A stretch of DNA of 64,000 nucleotides from Paraspadella gotoi (lineage: Eukaryota > Animalia > Chaetognatha), in contig CM119263.1 in the NCBI GenBank assembly GCA_051294375.1, positions 27,819,951 to 27,883,950 on the forward strand, given 5' to 3'. The notes under the pieces were generated by a model. That model made no database searches. It was not told where the DNA came from and worked only from the letters and a program-made list of their open reading frames with translations. The translations under genes were made by a program, and so were the position numbers. Shown piece after piece: positions 1 through 15,259 of the stretch. Numbering within the stretch: position 1 is the stretch's first letter; each line of letters starts with the position of its first letter.

Positions 1-2299
1 CAAACATCACCAAGTTGTCGCAATTAGAGAACGCGGCTGCCAACTGGAAGAAATTGATGATTCATTTATTTATTTAGTTTTGAAAATCTATATAAATCAA
101 TTACAATATTCGTTAAATCCATGTATTGTTATTTCTCCTATTGTGTATCTTTGATATATTATTTATATTATATTTTATACAATAGATCAAAACATTGTTT
201 AAAATCCTTTCTTTCAAATCACTATAATTATCAAAATTCTATAATCACTTACATATTGTTACCTATAAAAATTACTCTGAGATACCATTGTTTATAATAC
301 AAATCTAATTATTCATGTTACTTTCATTCAAGTTAATATATTACATATATCTTCATCAATCCACCAACTATTTATTACATTCAATAAGACTCTAATTCCT
401 TACATCAATCTCAGTTAATTGAATTCGAATACGACACCTATCACTACCCATTCTCCCGAGATCCGACTACGGCATTTCCAAATTCATCCACCTTCGCACG
501 ACTCTCCGGAAACCGCCGCCAGCACGAGTATTTCCTTTGAGTCCCCTGACATTATGAAGATTGCAGTGGTGCTCCTTCGTAAATACGTCGATAGAAACAA
601 GTGGCTTACTCCGCTTAACAAGCTCTTCGCACTTCTGGAACTCGACCGTTGTGCGCCTGGATATTCCAAATATGTACAATAAACCATCTAACCATCAATT
701 CACAAAGATATTATGCAATATATCTTTGTATGTGAACATTACTAAAAACTTGATTAACTTTGCTCGGGAAAAGTTCTCACATATCAAGGTAACTAGGTCT
801 GCGTCTCTTTTTTACATCAACTGGAGAAATCTAAGTTCGATTCTTGTCTCTTCTCCGTGCTCTGCTCTCGGCGTCCCACCCTCCATCTCTCCTTCCTCTA
901 TCGCCTCAGGTCGATCGCTGTACTTATAACCGCTACCCTGCGAGCTCCTGTGTGTGTTGTGTGGGTTAGTCTCCCGATAGTTCTCATTATAGGATGTTCC
1001 TCAGACCTCATCACTTCCAAGGATCTATTCAATGCTTATGACTCATATTGTATATGATACGTTAAATCCTGAATAAAATTCTCCCTGCTTACAGTCGTGA
1101 TCTATCAGTCCTATAATCTCACTATACAAGTGCTCTCTTGTACAGCAATCAGTCCCTTCACTGCCGTGACCTCGTCTCTCTCTCTCAGAGCCTGTCTCTT
1201 CTCGTTTCTCGTGGCATCCTATCCTCTCCATAGAAAGAGTGTGTGACGCAACCAACGAACTCGTGTCGTGAGCCTCTTTCCCGAGTCCTTCTCCATATGC
1301 TATAGGAACTCACTGCAAAAATCCATTCGCTCGCCCCCTGAGCGCGAGTGAGTGAAGAGAAGGCGGTCGAAATTATCACAGTTTAAACCAAACTCTCTCT
1401 AGTCGTGTTGCCGAACGGCGTCTGATTCTCCGCTGGCTTAGCTCGAGTATAGTCTCTCTCACGTGTAAATAAGCAGCTATAAATGCATACGGTAGTACTG
1501 CCGGTCCACACTTGATGTGGATCGTTCGTCTGAACTCGATTGCAATCCATGTGCGATCGTTAAACAAATGGTTTGCTAATAAACCCATCCACGCAAAATG
1601 ACGAGCAGACCTCGCGAGTATGATTCGTAGACTACATGTGAACGACTTGGTCTCTCCTAATGTTCCCTGGCTCCTCAGGTGATTATAGAACCAGATTTCC
1701 GTCTATCCAAAAGTTAGTATGTGAGGCACACTCGGAACACGAACCCAAACAAAAACGATGATGGACAGTATCCCGCCAATAACAGATTAACAGATTGAAT
1801 CGAGATTGGATATTTCGAAGACGTCTATGTATGCAAATAAAGAAAGAAACGAAATAAAATAAACACAGCGCCGCCCAGAAGAGAGAGATACGAAAAAATT
1901 GCCCGGTCTCGAACCTCCTATATCGTCCCGAACTGGAAACCAGTAATAGTTAAATAGTCTCTCTTCATCTACATGCTCTCATGCGTCTCTCTCCTTTCTC
2001 TCTCCTCCTCTCATCTCTTCTCTCTCTCTCTCTGCCTCTCCATCCCTCTCTCCTTCATGTTCTCTCTGCGACTCTCCACTACCCAGCGACCGACGATGCT
2101 TCCATGATGAAGTGAGTCTCGGAATTCAATGTCACTCCAGGTATTAGATCGCGCTCTCGAACTCTCGACTGTTAGAGGCTGTTATATCATTCTGAGTCGA
2201 AGAATAGCAATTCTCAAGACGACACGACTCGTGATAGCAAGACTCCAAGTGGTATAGCATCGTGACCCCTAAGAGAATCTCTTAGGTGCAGAATGATAA

Positions 2300-2642
2300 T
2301 CAGATCGTTGAGCGAAGAGGAATTGGCGATGAGGAGAAAGCACGGAAACGTGTATATAGAAGGAAACGCTTCTTGAGCGAATAGAGCGGAGACGAGAGCA
2401 GCGCGCAGAGCTCCTGGACGACAAAACTTAGTCTTGACGCAGAGCGTATCCGCCAGATCGAAGAAGAGAAGAAGAGAAAAGAAATTAAAGAGAAGGCAAC
2501 AAAATGGAAGAAGGACGAAGGAGAGAGAGTAAAGAGGAAAAGCGGAGACTTTAAGAAGAAGATTTTGAAAACGCGTAGGGACAAATCCCAATCGATAGCA
2601 AGACGGAAATATATCAGAGAGAAGATTGGTAGGACTCATTAG
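2300..2642 (+). other. Possible frameshifted exon of an E/R/K-rich coiled-coil protein in low-accuracy sequence
   Basis: With one indel corrected it reads LLERIERRREQRAELLDDKLSLDAERIRQIEEEKKRKEIKEKATKWKK; no clean splice sites, family not recognisable. Confidence 0.25.
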
Positions 2643-5600
2643 CTCCGCGCGCGCGGCTCGAAGATGAGAAGGGGAGAGAGTATCAATAAGAGACATGAGA
2701 AGAGAATAATTAATAGTAACAACAGAAAATCATAAATATAAGCAATTAAATAAATGCTAGGAGAGCTATAACAAATTACCAATAACAGGGACACATTGCA
2801 GTGTTATAGGCTAACGATAATAAAGTTGCGATACAAGATCAAACTAATGATTCTATAACGAGGTGTGCATAGTAGTAAAAACAAGAAACACTGGATATTT
2901 GTTGGTGTAGTCTTAGCAACAACGGAAGTTATCCACAAGAACGTATCCAATATAATCTAAACACGAAATTATAGCCAGTCCGAGTATGCACTCTTCGAGT
3001 GGAGAGATCCATTATATTTTAGAGATTTTAATTTTAAATTTTAGAATGGAGGAGAAATAAAATATTCACTTTTTTATATAATTATCCTATTATTACCTCC
3101 AAAGATATACACCGAGAAAAGAATTTGAACTATAATAGAGAGAGAGAACGACACACAAAAGAAGGAATATATGGAAAAATGAAGAGAAAATGAGATCCGT
3201 CACCAGGATGATGAGATAAATAAGAGTAGGCGTGGTAGATGAATCCTCTCGTCTATCTAGACGAAGAGCGGGAACGCGTGATTAGCAAGGCTTGATTGGA
3301 GGGGCTTAATTCTCCTTTTATTCGACGAGAGAGAGAGACGAGACCCGAGGAGAGAGAGAGAGAAGAGACTGATTGACTAGAGCAATTCTCCGGACAGGAC
3401 GAAGGGAACGGACAAAGTGGCTGATTTATTTGGAGGAAAATTGCGAAGGAGCTGACAGGTTAATCAGCACATTGTGAACCGCGAGAAACGACTCAGCAGA
3501 CAGGTAGCCCTAGAAACTCTCTAACTTGACCCAAAAAATGAGCTATATGTAGATTTATATCGTAACAAGAACTCTCTTGCCAGTATCAAAATTGATCCTC
3601 ACCACTCTACTTCGTCATTTATTCCACTCCTCGTTTACTGTTCCTACATGAGTGGCTCTACTATATAAGCTCATCCGATGCGCAATTTGATCCCAATTAA
3701 ACTCAGATTACTCCTCCCCGACAGAGTATCGTCTGTAATACTATCACCATATCAAATTCATCCACACTACCGTAACTCTCCTACAAAACTCTTTATTTCC
3801 TCCAAGCGTTCGACCTCAGGGCTCTCAACTTTGTGTTATGAGCTCTCAGACGCTCGATAACCGACAGACCGTTCAACAACCTGTTATCACACACACCATC
3901 CACCCTCATCTCCCACGACCTCCTTCTCTGAAAGAAGCCCCACGCGCGAGCCAGGCAAATATCGACCAACTGCCGAATCCGACGACATTCTCAACCAGCT
4001 ATCGCTGATTCCACATCTTACTTCTCGCACACTCCTTCCGAAAATATCCCCTAAACTTCTATATACCGGCGCATAACGCATCCTCACCCGCCTCATCACA
4101 CACCGCACACCTACCACCTCACCTACGGGCTCTGCAGACATGCCCGACAGCTCTCGCTCAGGGTCGACATCGGCTTCCGGTGCCTGTACTTGGTCGAAGA
4201 CGTGTGGCGCGATATTGCATCTCCTCGTCTTCGACCCTCGCGTCATATCAGAATCTCTTGTGGTTCCAACGCGGATCACTCTCTTCCGACGAGGAAGAGT
4301 GCTCGATTCGATGTGTGCGTGGCCAGCGAAAGCAGACGCCACGATAGACGTCCAGGCGAGACGACGCGGAAAGGGATGCAAGACGCCAGACCTTCGTTAG
4401 GTGAGTCCGTTTCCAATCAAATGTTAGTGTTCGACGCACATATGTCCGACGGACGCTGTGTGTGTATGTGATGAGACAAGTAGAACGATAGAGCTGTGCA
4501 CTGGTGCTTTAGGTGCTTACGAACCGTCCACATATCTCGACGGATACAGGCCCCGATCATGTATATGCCGGTACAGAGAATAGTGATTTGTCTGAGTTTA
4601 CTCGTATTACACGCGTGTGCGAATTTTTACGTTACACACGAGAGCTAGAGGAGAATTAGTATTAAGAAAGGGCTATCTCTGTGTGTAGTGACCGTGGGCG
4701 AGAATGAAGTGTGCGTTATTGTGAAGTCCTGATAGAGAGCAGGAATGGTGAGTTTGAAATAGCGTATCGATTTTTCTGTCTGCTAACTCAATACGATAAT
4801 TCTAGGCGATCCGGGCTTCGTCTGTTATTGCTATGGCAATCGCCACCCTCCCCACTCGCCCCTCCCTCCCAAATACCGCTCACTCGCTCTATAAAAAATC
4901 ATCGTATTGAAACAGCTGATGAGCGGACCTTGCCCTATATTAGTACTAATCCTGCTTTTTATTACAATTTCGCTATCTCATCATTACATCATTCTGCTCA
5001 AGTGGCGACTGAGCGGAAGCAACATCTCTATGCTGCGTACGACCTCAACCCCTAAAGTTCTCTTTTCTATTATCGTGCTACTCCAGGACCCGGTTGTATT
5101 CCTCCATAATCGAACAATTTGGTTATATCCAGATACCGCGTTGCGAAAACTCTCATCTGTGGATCGTCGTACACCTCGCGATTCGCGGCTCTGTCACCAG
5201 TCGTACTTTCCCTCTCCCTGCTTCGAATCTATTCCAGACCCAGTATTACAGTCGATCGACTATAATTTATATCAGTCCCATCTCTCCTACATGTTCAACA
5301 CTCTGTTCGCATAAACCCGATTCTCGTAGAATTAGTGTAACTATATCACTCCCTCATTCATTCTCACTTAAATACTCGACTCTCAGTTCCATCTTCCTTC
5401 TCAATATTCTATATTTTAATCTCATTTTACTCAAATATTTTACGGTGGTCCCGGTACTTCTGATCTCTCTATCGTCACATTTTCCGCTCCGACCTCACAT
5501 AATGCGATATCATATTAACTGAGCATATGTGCTCTTACACTTTGCGTGCAGATAAAGAGTGAATCTCTTTCTATGTACAATCTGGTACAACGTTGGTAAA

Positions 5601-8600
5601 GTCTCTGCTCTCTTATGAGATCATAAGGCAATGACTAGCGAGATGTATGAGTATCGGATACAGCTATATGAATGCTAGAATGTGATGGCGCCTTTGTACC
5701 AAGGGTACGGCGGTCTCGAGACGCTCACTTTACCGGTGAGACACTCGGCGACCTCTCCACACACACAGTTTTCTGTGTGATAGTTGCCGGTCTACCTCAG
5801 TTAAGTGTAGATATACTTGAAATGTAGCAGTATAATGTACGAGAAAGACCTCAAACTTCAGCGACAAGTGGTCATTTTTCCATGAGGGAACTCAACCTTC
5901 CAAATATGCACCATATGCGAGTGCTCACGCCGACGTCCCACACACCCCAGAACAATGTATATATGGAGTCCCGAATGAGGTTGATGTTGTGTAAATCCTG
6001 ATAAGAGGCCATAAGTAAGGTTTATTTCTTGGTTTTTCTCCTTTATCTCTTATGAACGTGATTAGAGAGAAAGTCATAAGCTAGAGCCGAGTAATAAACA
6101 CGCACACAGCTCGCGCACGACTTGTATCGAAGTCAGAAGAGATCAGTAGTACAGATGTGCAACCCGAGGAATCGAATGTGTACTTGTCAAAAGTGAAGAA
6201 AAAGGAGAGAGAGAGACGAGAGAAGAGAGAGAGAGGGAGAGAGGAGATGGGAGTGATACGAGAATTAGATTGAGAATAACTCAGTTCGAGAGGAGGGCAC
6301 ATATGTGACTAGTATTGAAGAAAAGCAAAAGAGAGATCGAATACTGTTTAGCTCTCGAAATAATATTTTCAGTAGTTTCACAGCAAAGGTAAATTATCAA
6401 ACCTAGTTATATTTAATAAGAAGAATGAAGATAGTATAATAGGGAAAAATAGGTCTCACAATGAGAGCCATTAATACGCGCTGTAACAGTTGTGCATGGC
6501 GAAGTATAGTGCCTGTTACTTACGAATCACGCGAAAGCGCTCGCGTTTTTAAACATTCGTGTTAAATAGTGGCGCGTGCAATATATTCTACTACTGATGT
6601 CTAACTTACCTCCCATGTTTCCTAATACATTCCTTAGAGAAATCCATTTTTCTTAATTTTACTATTTTTTAAATACGTATCCATTGAGCAGCTTTTGGCT
6701 ATTTCATGATCAAGATTTCCGTTTTAGCGCCCTTGTATCGATTTCGAATGTATTTGCATTTAATCGCTCTCGCAACTCTACCAAACCCCTTTTATTCTGG
6801 AAACCTGATCTTATGTGTCAAAACTATCAGCAACCATCGAAGTGGACGATTCTGTGGTCATCCTGTTACATTGTTAGCATATCTTTTATGTCTCGATCTC
6901 ACCATATCTCATCTCGCATACCATCCTTTCAAACATTAGCCAAAACCTAGAGAGTTCTCACCACATATTTTGGCATTATATTTTTCACATATCTTTCCAC
7001 CATGTCTTTTCACCATATATTTTTTTCACGCCTTCAGGCATTTCAAACCGGCTTCCTCGTTCTATCCACGTATTGCAAAAACAAACAATTATCTCATTTA
7101 AAGGCATCACTCTTTATCTCAGTTGACCCAAACCCAGTCATCGTTCCCTTCCCCATTCTTCTGCTTGCTCTTGACCCAACTCGTCCCACAAACTTCCCAC
7201 CCCCCCCCGCGCACGCTAGCCTTCCTTCTCTTCCCCATCCGTTTACTCCCCCCGCCCACTTTGCATGCCTCAGTCTAATCCATTTCGGCCTTGCTCGCTC
7301 TTCGAAAGAAGAGATGGCCTCGTTCCGGCCTGCGCAGCCGCTCTACGATCGCCGCTGTCTCTGCCGCTGCCTTCACGGCAGCCTCCGACGCCGCCGTCGC
7401 CCCCGCCTCCGACGTCGAAAGGAGCATCGGAACAAATCGCTTCATGCTCCTTTCCTTCCGTAACGTTGCGTGGGCTTAACCCTTATCCAAAAAGCACGTT
7501 CACTTACTTTTAGCTTTTCCACACGAGCGTCAAAAGTCTGCCTAGTGCATTCATATTTTTCTTGGGTTTTAGTTTTTGTTCCAAGATCAGACGGAGGCAA
7601 CTGGGCAAAGTGGCAAAGTCCTTTTACTGACTCCTTTTCATTCATCTCCCTTTCCACGCACAATTGCCTCATTTCCTCTTTGTTCGCTTACCCTGCTCTA
7701 GACGATCTCCGACATCATTATTCCTTTACACGTCCCATCTAACGTTCACAAAACGGATTTTCTGGGAAATCTATCGGAGAGTCCTGTTCCACTGGATTTA
7801 ATCACCCGCGCCTTTGCTAGCAAAACGGAAAACCTAATGACAGTCTTCCGAGGCCATATTAAAGTTTCCTGTATCTTTTATATGCATATATTTCCATATA
7901 TTTCATGTATTTCCATTAGTTCCATAGTATTCCATATATTACCATTGCGAAAAACATTACCACATTTCCTTAATTACCAGATGTCAATGTTTCATTATCC
8001 CTTCTTAATTTTCATTCGTTGTTTCACAATAGATCAGCTTTTTTTTGACGCGGGATATCCTTTCTCTGTGTAATCTTTTGTCTACCCGGATTTTCGGTCG
8101 CGTTGATTCGATCAGGGTCAGCTGTTTTTCCCAGTTTTAGCTTACAGTTTTCAGTTTTACCCGGATACCGGTTATCGTGACTCGCGCGGCACTGGCTTTA
8201 TATTACGATTAGATTTTTCGTCGCCGACGTGTCTTAACAGCTCATAAAGCTCTTCTTTTGAAAAACAATCTAAAGCAAGAACAAAGAAGACTGAATTTGA
8301 ATTTGGCGTTTTTTTCGACTCAAGCAGCTGCCAGTGCTGACACGGCAATAAGTTTGCCTTCGACAAATCCACGACTCGAAAAAGTCGATCAATATTTCCC
8401 CTCCATTTCGTAGAGTGCACTTGCGTTTTACAACTCACCGTCGATGAGGTCAGGCGGCGCCGGACTTCAAAACAGCAACGCCACTCTCCACTCCGCGCAC
8501 TTACTCCTCCCTAATCTGACACCATTTTTCCCAACATCCCAAAACTCCTACGCGCCAAAATTGGTCAACTCAGAATTTCGTCGATACGGATGTCTCTCTA

Positions 8601-8727
8601 TCCACGACCCGACCACGCTGTCCTCGCCGCCACATCGTGCTCTCCCGCCGGTTCAGTCGAAAATTCGCTCGAGCGGGGGAAAACCAAGCAAAATAGTCCC
8701 AGAACACAGGAGATGAGAGAGAGAGAG

Positions 8728-8770
<43 letters not shown>

Positions 8771-9221
8771 GAGAGGGAGAGAGAGAGAGAGAGAGATGAA
8801 GAGACTAAAGTGGGAGAAGACAAATGTGGGCGTGAGAGTGGAAGTACGTGAACAGAGAAAAAGGAGAGAAGGGAAAAGCCAAGAGAGAGAGATCAGACCA
8901 ATGAGATAAAGATAGAGTTCTTTTTTTTAAAATATTCTTATCTTTATTTGACTTTGATTTCTTATTTTGTTTGAAATTGTATATTTTCGGCTGTAGCCGT
9001 TTTTAATTCCATGGAAAAAAAACTGGCACATGATTAAAGAAAAAAAAAAACGATCATGAGTTCGCACTTATTATTTGTTAGTTATTATATATATATATAT
9101 ACTATAAAAATTTAATTCTTCGTAAAACATCCTTATCTGATTAAACTAGAAAAATTTATCCCCTTTCTGAGAGAGAGAGAGCGAGGAGAGAGATAGATAG
9201 ATAGAGTAACGAGAGAGAGAC

Positions 9222-9275
<54 letters not shown>

Positions 9276-9717
9276 AGAACGTAACGACGACCGACCAGAA
9301 CCAAAGAGGAAAAGAGGAAGTGATTACTGCGCGCGGTCCGTCCGGTATCATAACACCCCCCCTCCACCCCCTACTCCCCTTCGCTCTGCCCCGCGGGGCG
9401 CAGGCGACGAGAGAGAATACAGGAAAAAATAAATTAATAGAGGAAGTAGAAAAAAGAAGAGAAAAATAATGAAATGAATAAAAAAAAGGCTCTCTTTTAA
9501 AAAAACGCTTTATTTTTATTCCTTTATACCAAAATTTAACTTTAATTTAAATAATAATTTGTTGATATTAATATTTAATTTTAATATGTTTTTGAACTTC
9601 TAAACCCGATCCCTGAACCCTAGTCCATAACCTGATACTAAAGCCTAACCTTAAACCTTTATCATTAATTTCAGGCCCTCATCTCTAAAGCTGAACCTTA
9701 ATACTTAAGCCTTATCC

Positions 9718-9925
9718 CTAACCTTAACCACGAAACTAATCCTTAACCTTAACCACAAAACTTATCCTTAACCTTAACCACGAAACTAATCCTTAACCTT
9801 AACCACGAAACTAATCCTTAACCTTAACCACGAAACTTATCCTTAACCTTAACCACAAAACTAATCCTTCACTTTAACCACAAAACTTATCCTTAACCTT
9901 AACCACGAAACTAATCCTTAACTTA
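9718..9925. repeat. 25-bp minisatellite, about 8 copies
   Basis: Unit taaccttaaccacRaaactWatcct repeated in tandem. Confidence 0.9.
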
Positions 9926-11114
9926 ATCTCAAACCCTATCCTTCTACCTATTTTTTAATTAAAAAAAATATTAGTTCTGAATTTAAGATGAAATTGGGCG
10001 TCCTGGGAAAATAAAGCCAAAAAGGGCTTGAAAAAGAAGGGAGTAAAGAAGAAAGAAGGCGCGTATAACGCCGGGACGGGGAACAAAGACAAATTGGCGA
10101 AGGGCGCGATAATCTTTTCTCCAATAATTTTCTTCTTCTTCCTCCAGTTTGGCTCTCGTCCGGACCGAGGAGAGGCCACCNNNNNNNNNNNNNNNNNNNN
10201 NNNNNNNNNNNNNNNNNNNNNNNNNNNNNNNNNNNNNNNNNNNNNNNNNNNNNNNNNNNNNNNNNNNNNNNNNNNNNNNNNNNNNNNNNNNNNNNNNNNN
10301 NNNNNNNNNNNNNNNNNNNNNNNNNNNNNNNNNNNNNNNNNNNNGCGGTCGAGGTCGCGAGAGCGAGAGTCGAGGCGGCGCCGGCCGCGGGCGGACGGCC
10401 GATGGCCGGAGACCGTACGTACGGATGACTCATCCCCATCGGTCTTCCCCGATGAAAAACGTTTTCTTTTTAGTGTACGTACGTACGTAAATACGGTAAT
10501 TATTCATGTAATTTTAATTTAATTCACGTGGCGAAATCACACGCATCAGAAAGGAAGGATAACTGAATTTGTGGTTATGACTTCTGTACTTTTTTTTTCA
10601 ATTTAAACTAATTCAAAACAGTATATTTATTGCATTTAAGTTATTTAGAAAGTATTTAGAAATCACAAGAAAAACGTATTTTTATATAAATTTAAACGTT
10701 AGAAATGTTTTGGGTATTGGACCAATGTGGTATTTCTAGGATGTCAGACAGAATTTGTTCCCTTACGTTTTTAATTTTAGTCATATTTTTTTTGCCATCG
10801 TCATTCTTAATAGTCATCGTTACAGACTCCGAGTTTCGTGATTCACGAAAAGCGTCACGCGAATTGCGTAATCGTTCCCACGCGTCCGTCTTTTCGTTGT
10901 CGTTATCATCTTTGGGATTGTATTCTTCTTTTCTCGTAACGAATGAAATTTTGGAAATCATCTTATGACGTCGGTCTCAGCGGCAGCTGTAGCGGCGGCT
11001 GCGGCGGAGGCAGCGGCGGAGGAGCGGCAGCAAGGCGGCGGACGGATTTTCGATGTTAATTTTTTTTCTTTTTCTCTTTATTTCGATGAATCCAGTTTTT
11101 ACGGTGAGATCGTT

Positions 11115-11153
<39 letters not shown>

Positions 11154-11303
11154 CTCTCTCTCCTCTCTCTCTCTCATCTCTCTTCTTCTCTCTCTCTCTC
11201 TCTCTCTCCTGTCTTACTTCCCTCCGGAGGGAACGGAGGAGGTAACGAGAGAATTAGCAAAAAGAGAGAAAGATGTAGAAGAAAATGAACAAGACAAGAG
11301 AGA

Positions 11304-11370
<67 letters not shown>

Positions 11371-11918
11371 GAGAGCGAAACTGACATAAAAGATTTTTTT
11401 AACTTTTTTTAGTCTCACCCAAAATCCATTAGAAGAGGAAATACAAATGATTCCGGCTTCTCATTTCTCCGCCTTCCTGACTTCCGGCTTCCTCTCTCCC
11501 GATCCTGATTCTCGGCAATATCCTCCTTAAAAATGAGTTGGACTCTCCCGGCAATGGGTTCAGCCTGCAATTCTAATCTCTCCCCCTCTTCCCATTTTCC
11601 GGCATTTGCCCATTGTCCCATTCGTGTCTGGGCTCCCATTTTCCGGCGATTGCCCTTCCGCCCTCCGCCAATCGATTCCTCCGGCTTTTCCGGCTTCCGG
11701 CGAAAAAGAGGGAATTTGTATTCATAGGACATTCGATCGTTCAAAGTCTCACTGTTTTATTTGACGAAGGAAGGCCGCTTCTTTTTTTCGGAGGAGAGAT
11801 GAAATTTTCTTCGTCGTCGTCGTCGTTGTTGTTGTTGTTGTTGTTGTTTTCGCGTTGTCGTCGTTGACGTCGTTTTCCTCTATGGATCTTCATTAACTGA
11901 TTTATTCGTATCTTCATC

Positions 11919-11919
<1 letters not shown>

Positions 11920-12017
<98 letters not shown>

Positions 12018-12130
12018 TTCTTCTCCTTCATCATCATCTCCTTCATCATCATCGTCATCATCATCATCATCTCCTTCTTCATCTTCACAATCATCATCAT
12101 CATCATCACAATCATCATCACCATCATCGT
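11920..12130. repeat. (CAT)n microsatellite, pure then degenerate
   Basis: Pure catcatcat run from about 11921 to 12016 followed by interrupted repeats; explains the poly-Met ORF on the minus strand. Confidence 0.95.
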
Positions 12131-12799
12131 CGTAGTCCTCGTCGTCCTCTTGTTGTTGTTTTCGCTCGAGCGACTCTGGGTGGAGATGTTTTGAAAAGCG
12201 TCAAAAAAAAAGAAGAAAAAAAAAGAATATTTGCTTCGTTCGAAACTCAGAAGGTGTTGAAGTCAATTTTGAGGGAAAAGAAGGAGAGAGTCTTCCAAAA
12301 AAGTTTTTAAGAATATTTTCAGAAAGAGGAAAAAACTAGTTTGGTTGTTTGTCGAGTAAATTACATTTTTTAAACTTTGAATTACATATATGACTATATT
12401 TCAAAGTCTGATGCCAAAAAGAATATCAGAAGAATTCAGCTTAAATTATGAAATAAAAGTAAGTTTTTTAGTTTAATAATTAGGTTAGGGGTAAACGGAT
12501 AGAGGACGGGACTTGGGGTTAGGCTAAATGATTAGAGCTTTGGTTAAGAATTACATTATGAATTAAGGTTAGGGATTCAGGTTTTAGGACTAAGAGTTAA
12601 GGTTAGGCCATTGATTAGGATTAGGTGAAAGATTTGAGCTATTCGGTTTAAAAATAAGTTTAGGGATAAAGAACAGAATTGGGCGCTTACGAAAAATAGT
12701 GCCGAATATCAATGGTCCGGAAATGATTATATATCGGCTCCGTTAAATCCGTGACGCATTTGACGAAAAGACTAGGAAGCGTGCAATGGGGCCAACGGT

Positions 12800-12925
12800 C
12801 CAACCTCATGAATTATGGACAGCCCGTGAGACGTTGGTCGCGCAGCTGGCGAGGTGGTGGCAACTGGCAAGGGGGGTTGGGAAAGAATTGTCTACCTTTA
12901 CGAGTGGACGTATCGCTGTCGTGGT
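12800..12925 (+). other. Possible garbled iGluR/IR amino-terminal-domain exon
   Basis: Reads GWERIVYLYEWTY before a gtgaga donor, resembling the W..F.YLYD motif of iGluR ATDs; frameshifted upstream. Confidence 0.25.
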
Positions 12926-14311
12926 GAGATGATTTCTATTCGCCAGGATTAGCGATGGCGTCAGCGATAAGAAAAAGCGATGGAACAGGAGTTGCAACGG
13001 GTTAAAACTGGCAATAGGACTTGCAATAGAACGGAAGATGCGAGGACGATGTAAGTTTTAGTTGAGATAAACTTGTAAAGAAACCGGCAATGATGAAAAT
13101 TGTATGAATTAGAACCAACCATGGATCCAGCTTTAGAAATGACGATGGAACCTCTGATGAAACCTTTTGTGGAACTTTCTACGCAACCTCTGATGGAAAC
13201 TTTGATGGAACCTTTGATGGAACTTTTGATTCAACCTGCGAGGAAATCGAGCGAAAGTCGATCGTCGACTCAATTTTTTTTTATTTTTTCTGTGAAAATA
13301 AGTGGAAAAGGAATGAGTTTTTATGAGGCCGCTGTTTGTTCGAGTGCCCGAAGCACTCTGTCAAGGTACTAAAGAAAACGAGGAGCAAGAGAGAGAGAGA
13401 GGAGAGAGATGAGAGAGAGGAGAGAGAGAGAGGAGTAAGAAGAGCAGAGAAGAGAGAGAGTGAGAGTTAGCCGGGAAAGAGCAGGGAAGAAAAAAAGGGA
13501 AACAAAAACAAAAGGGAAACAAAGGCTTTTTATCCCCGAGCTTCTTATTCCCGTCTCAAACAAATAATTTCTTGCAATTCCCATAAATCAGCCGAGGAGG
13601 AAGAGGAGGAGGAGGAGGAAGAGGAAGAGAAGAAGGGAGATGAGGAGAAGGGAAGGAAGGGAGAAAAGAGGAGAGGAGAGCGAAAGGGAGATGAGGGAGA
13701 AAGCAGGGGACTAAAGACAAGGAGGGAGTAAGGAAGGTGAAAGATAAATAACGAGTGGTCGAATAGAAAAACCTCAGGAGGAAATGAGAAGGAAGGTAAA
13801 AAGTTAGAAAACAGGTTGACAAAGTGAGAAAAAGAAACGAAGATTTAAGAATTACCGGAAGAAAAATATGAAATGAGAGAGAAAAAAAATGCCTGAGGAG
13901 ACAAGTTAACCCGGATTAAAGAAGAAGAGGGTAGAAAATAATAAAAAAAGAGAGTAAAATTGAAGAAAGAAAAGAGAAAATTAAAAAAAATATGGAAAAA
14001 GTAGGAACAAGGTCCCACAGAATCTGACCCCCCCCCCTAAAAAAAGAAATTAAAGAGAAGTCTTTTGCCTCGAAAAAATTCAGATGTCGACAAAAATAGT
14101 TCAAAGAAATATTTTATGGAGTTAAAAAAAAAAATTAAGATCTAAAAGTGAAGACTTAGCGATTAAAGCGTCGAAAACATGAAAATTGATAAGAGGAAAG
14201 AAAAAAAAGAAAAAAGAAAGGAAAGTAAATAAAAAGTCCAGGAGGAAAGTAAAGCAAGAGGACATCCGAATGCATGAAGCGGAATTTGATGTCGGTCATA
14301 ATTTAAGGTGG

Positions 14312-14368
14312 AAGGTGTTCCACCTTGAGTCGCGAAGATATCTGTACCTCGCTTCACTCCAACCACGG
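14312..14368 (+). other. Possible garbled IR25a pore-loop (M2) exon
   Basis: KVFHLES...YLAS / TP loosely resembles xFxLKExxW...SxTPQ and lies just upstream of the M3 exon; noisy and not in one frame. Confidence 0.2.
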
Positions 14369-14544
14369 CGACATAAATATTGGCTTAGATGCAACCGACA
14401 ACGCCTCCTTAAAACATTCTGCCCACAAGAGACACTCCAAAAGTTATCCCCACAACAGCTCCCCACAGGTTTTAGCCAACAACGACTCCAAATACTAAGA
14501 GATACCGAACGACCCCTTCTAACCAGTGACACTCGACATCGCTT

Positions 14545-14660
14545 TCCCACAATGCCTGAACGCTACGTTTCCCCACAACGCCTCCGCACAACGCTTCCTC
14601 ACAACGCTTCCCCACAACGCTTCCCCACAACAATTCCCCACAACGCTTCCCTACAACGCC
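14545..14660. repeat. ~14-bp tandem repeat (acgcttccccacaa-like)
   Basis: About 7 degenerate tandem copies. Confidence 0.8.
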
Positions 14661-15259
14661 CCTAAGCGACGAATACGCATTTTTCGCGTGCGGGTCGAGA
14701 GGAGGTCACCAACTCGCGCTCGAAACGAAGCCCTCCCTTTTGGAGCCACGGATTTTAGTGGTTTTCGCATTTATATGGACGGACGGAAGAAGAGTCAGAC
14801 GCACGGACAGGATTGTCGGACGGACGGACTCTTTCTCATTCGATTTTTATTTGACTAAAAAACAAATTTCTTTATCTAAAATTGTTATTCAAAGATACGT
14901 TTTGAATATTCCGTTTCTACGTAAGTTATCTATTAAAACGTTTGAAGTTTTTGGTCCATAAATAAATATTTTAACAAATACTGAAAATATAAAACGTCTT
15001 GGTCGCATTAAAATAAGCTGCGATAAAAAAAAAATATCAGAATCGAGGGTAAAGAATAAAAAAAGATTAAATTAAGGAAGAATATTAATCAAGGGGGAAA
15101 GCGAGTTTAAAACTAAAGTTTCCGGCAAGACTTTATCTATTTCTTTGTCCCCGGATGATATAAACGTCTTTTTAATCTCGTAATATATCCTCTTGGCCAT
15201 CATCCTTCTCATTTGTAATCTCCTTATCACCATCCCCAATCTCCTTTCTTCATCTTCAT

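Noticed and set aside
1-9000. Many short ORFs (e.g. 419-682, 3887-4381, 7002-7463)
   Set aside because: No recognisable domains or consistent splice sites; broken microsatellites suggest low-accuracy single-read sequence
9718-9925. Telomere-like or CRISPR-like array
   Set aside because: 25-bp tandem unit with no unique spacers; not a pure telomeric repeat; eukaryotic context with no cas genes
10148-10522. GC-rich exon-like segment around the first gap
   Set aside because: Good acceptor at 10147 but interrupted by 164 Ns; frame and product cannot be determined
11741-12127. Poly-Met ORF
   Set aside because: Translation of a (CAT)n microsatellite
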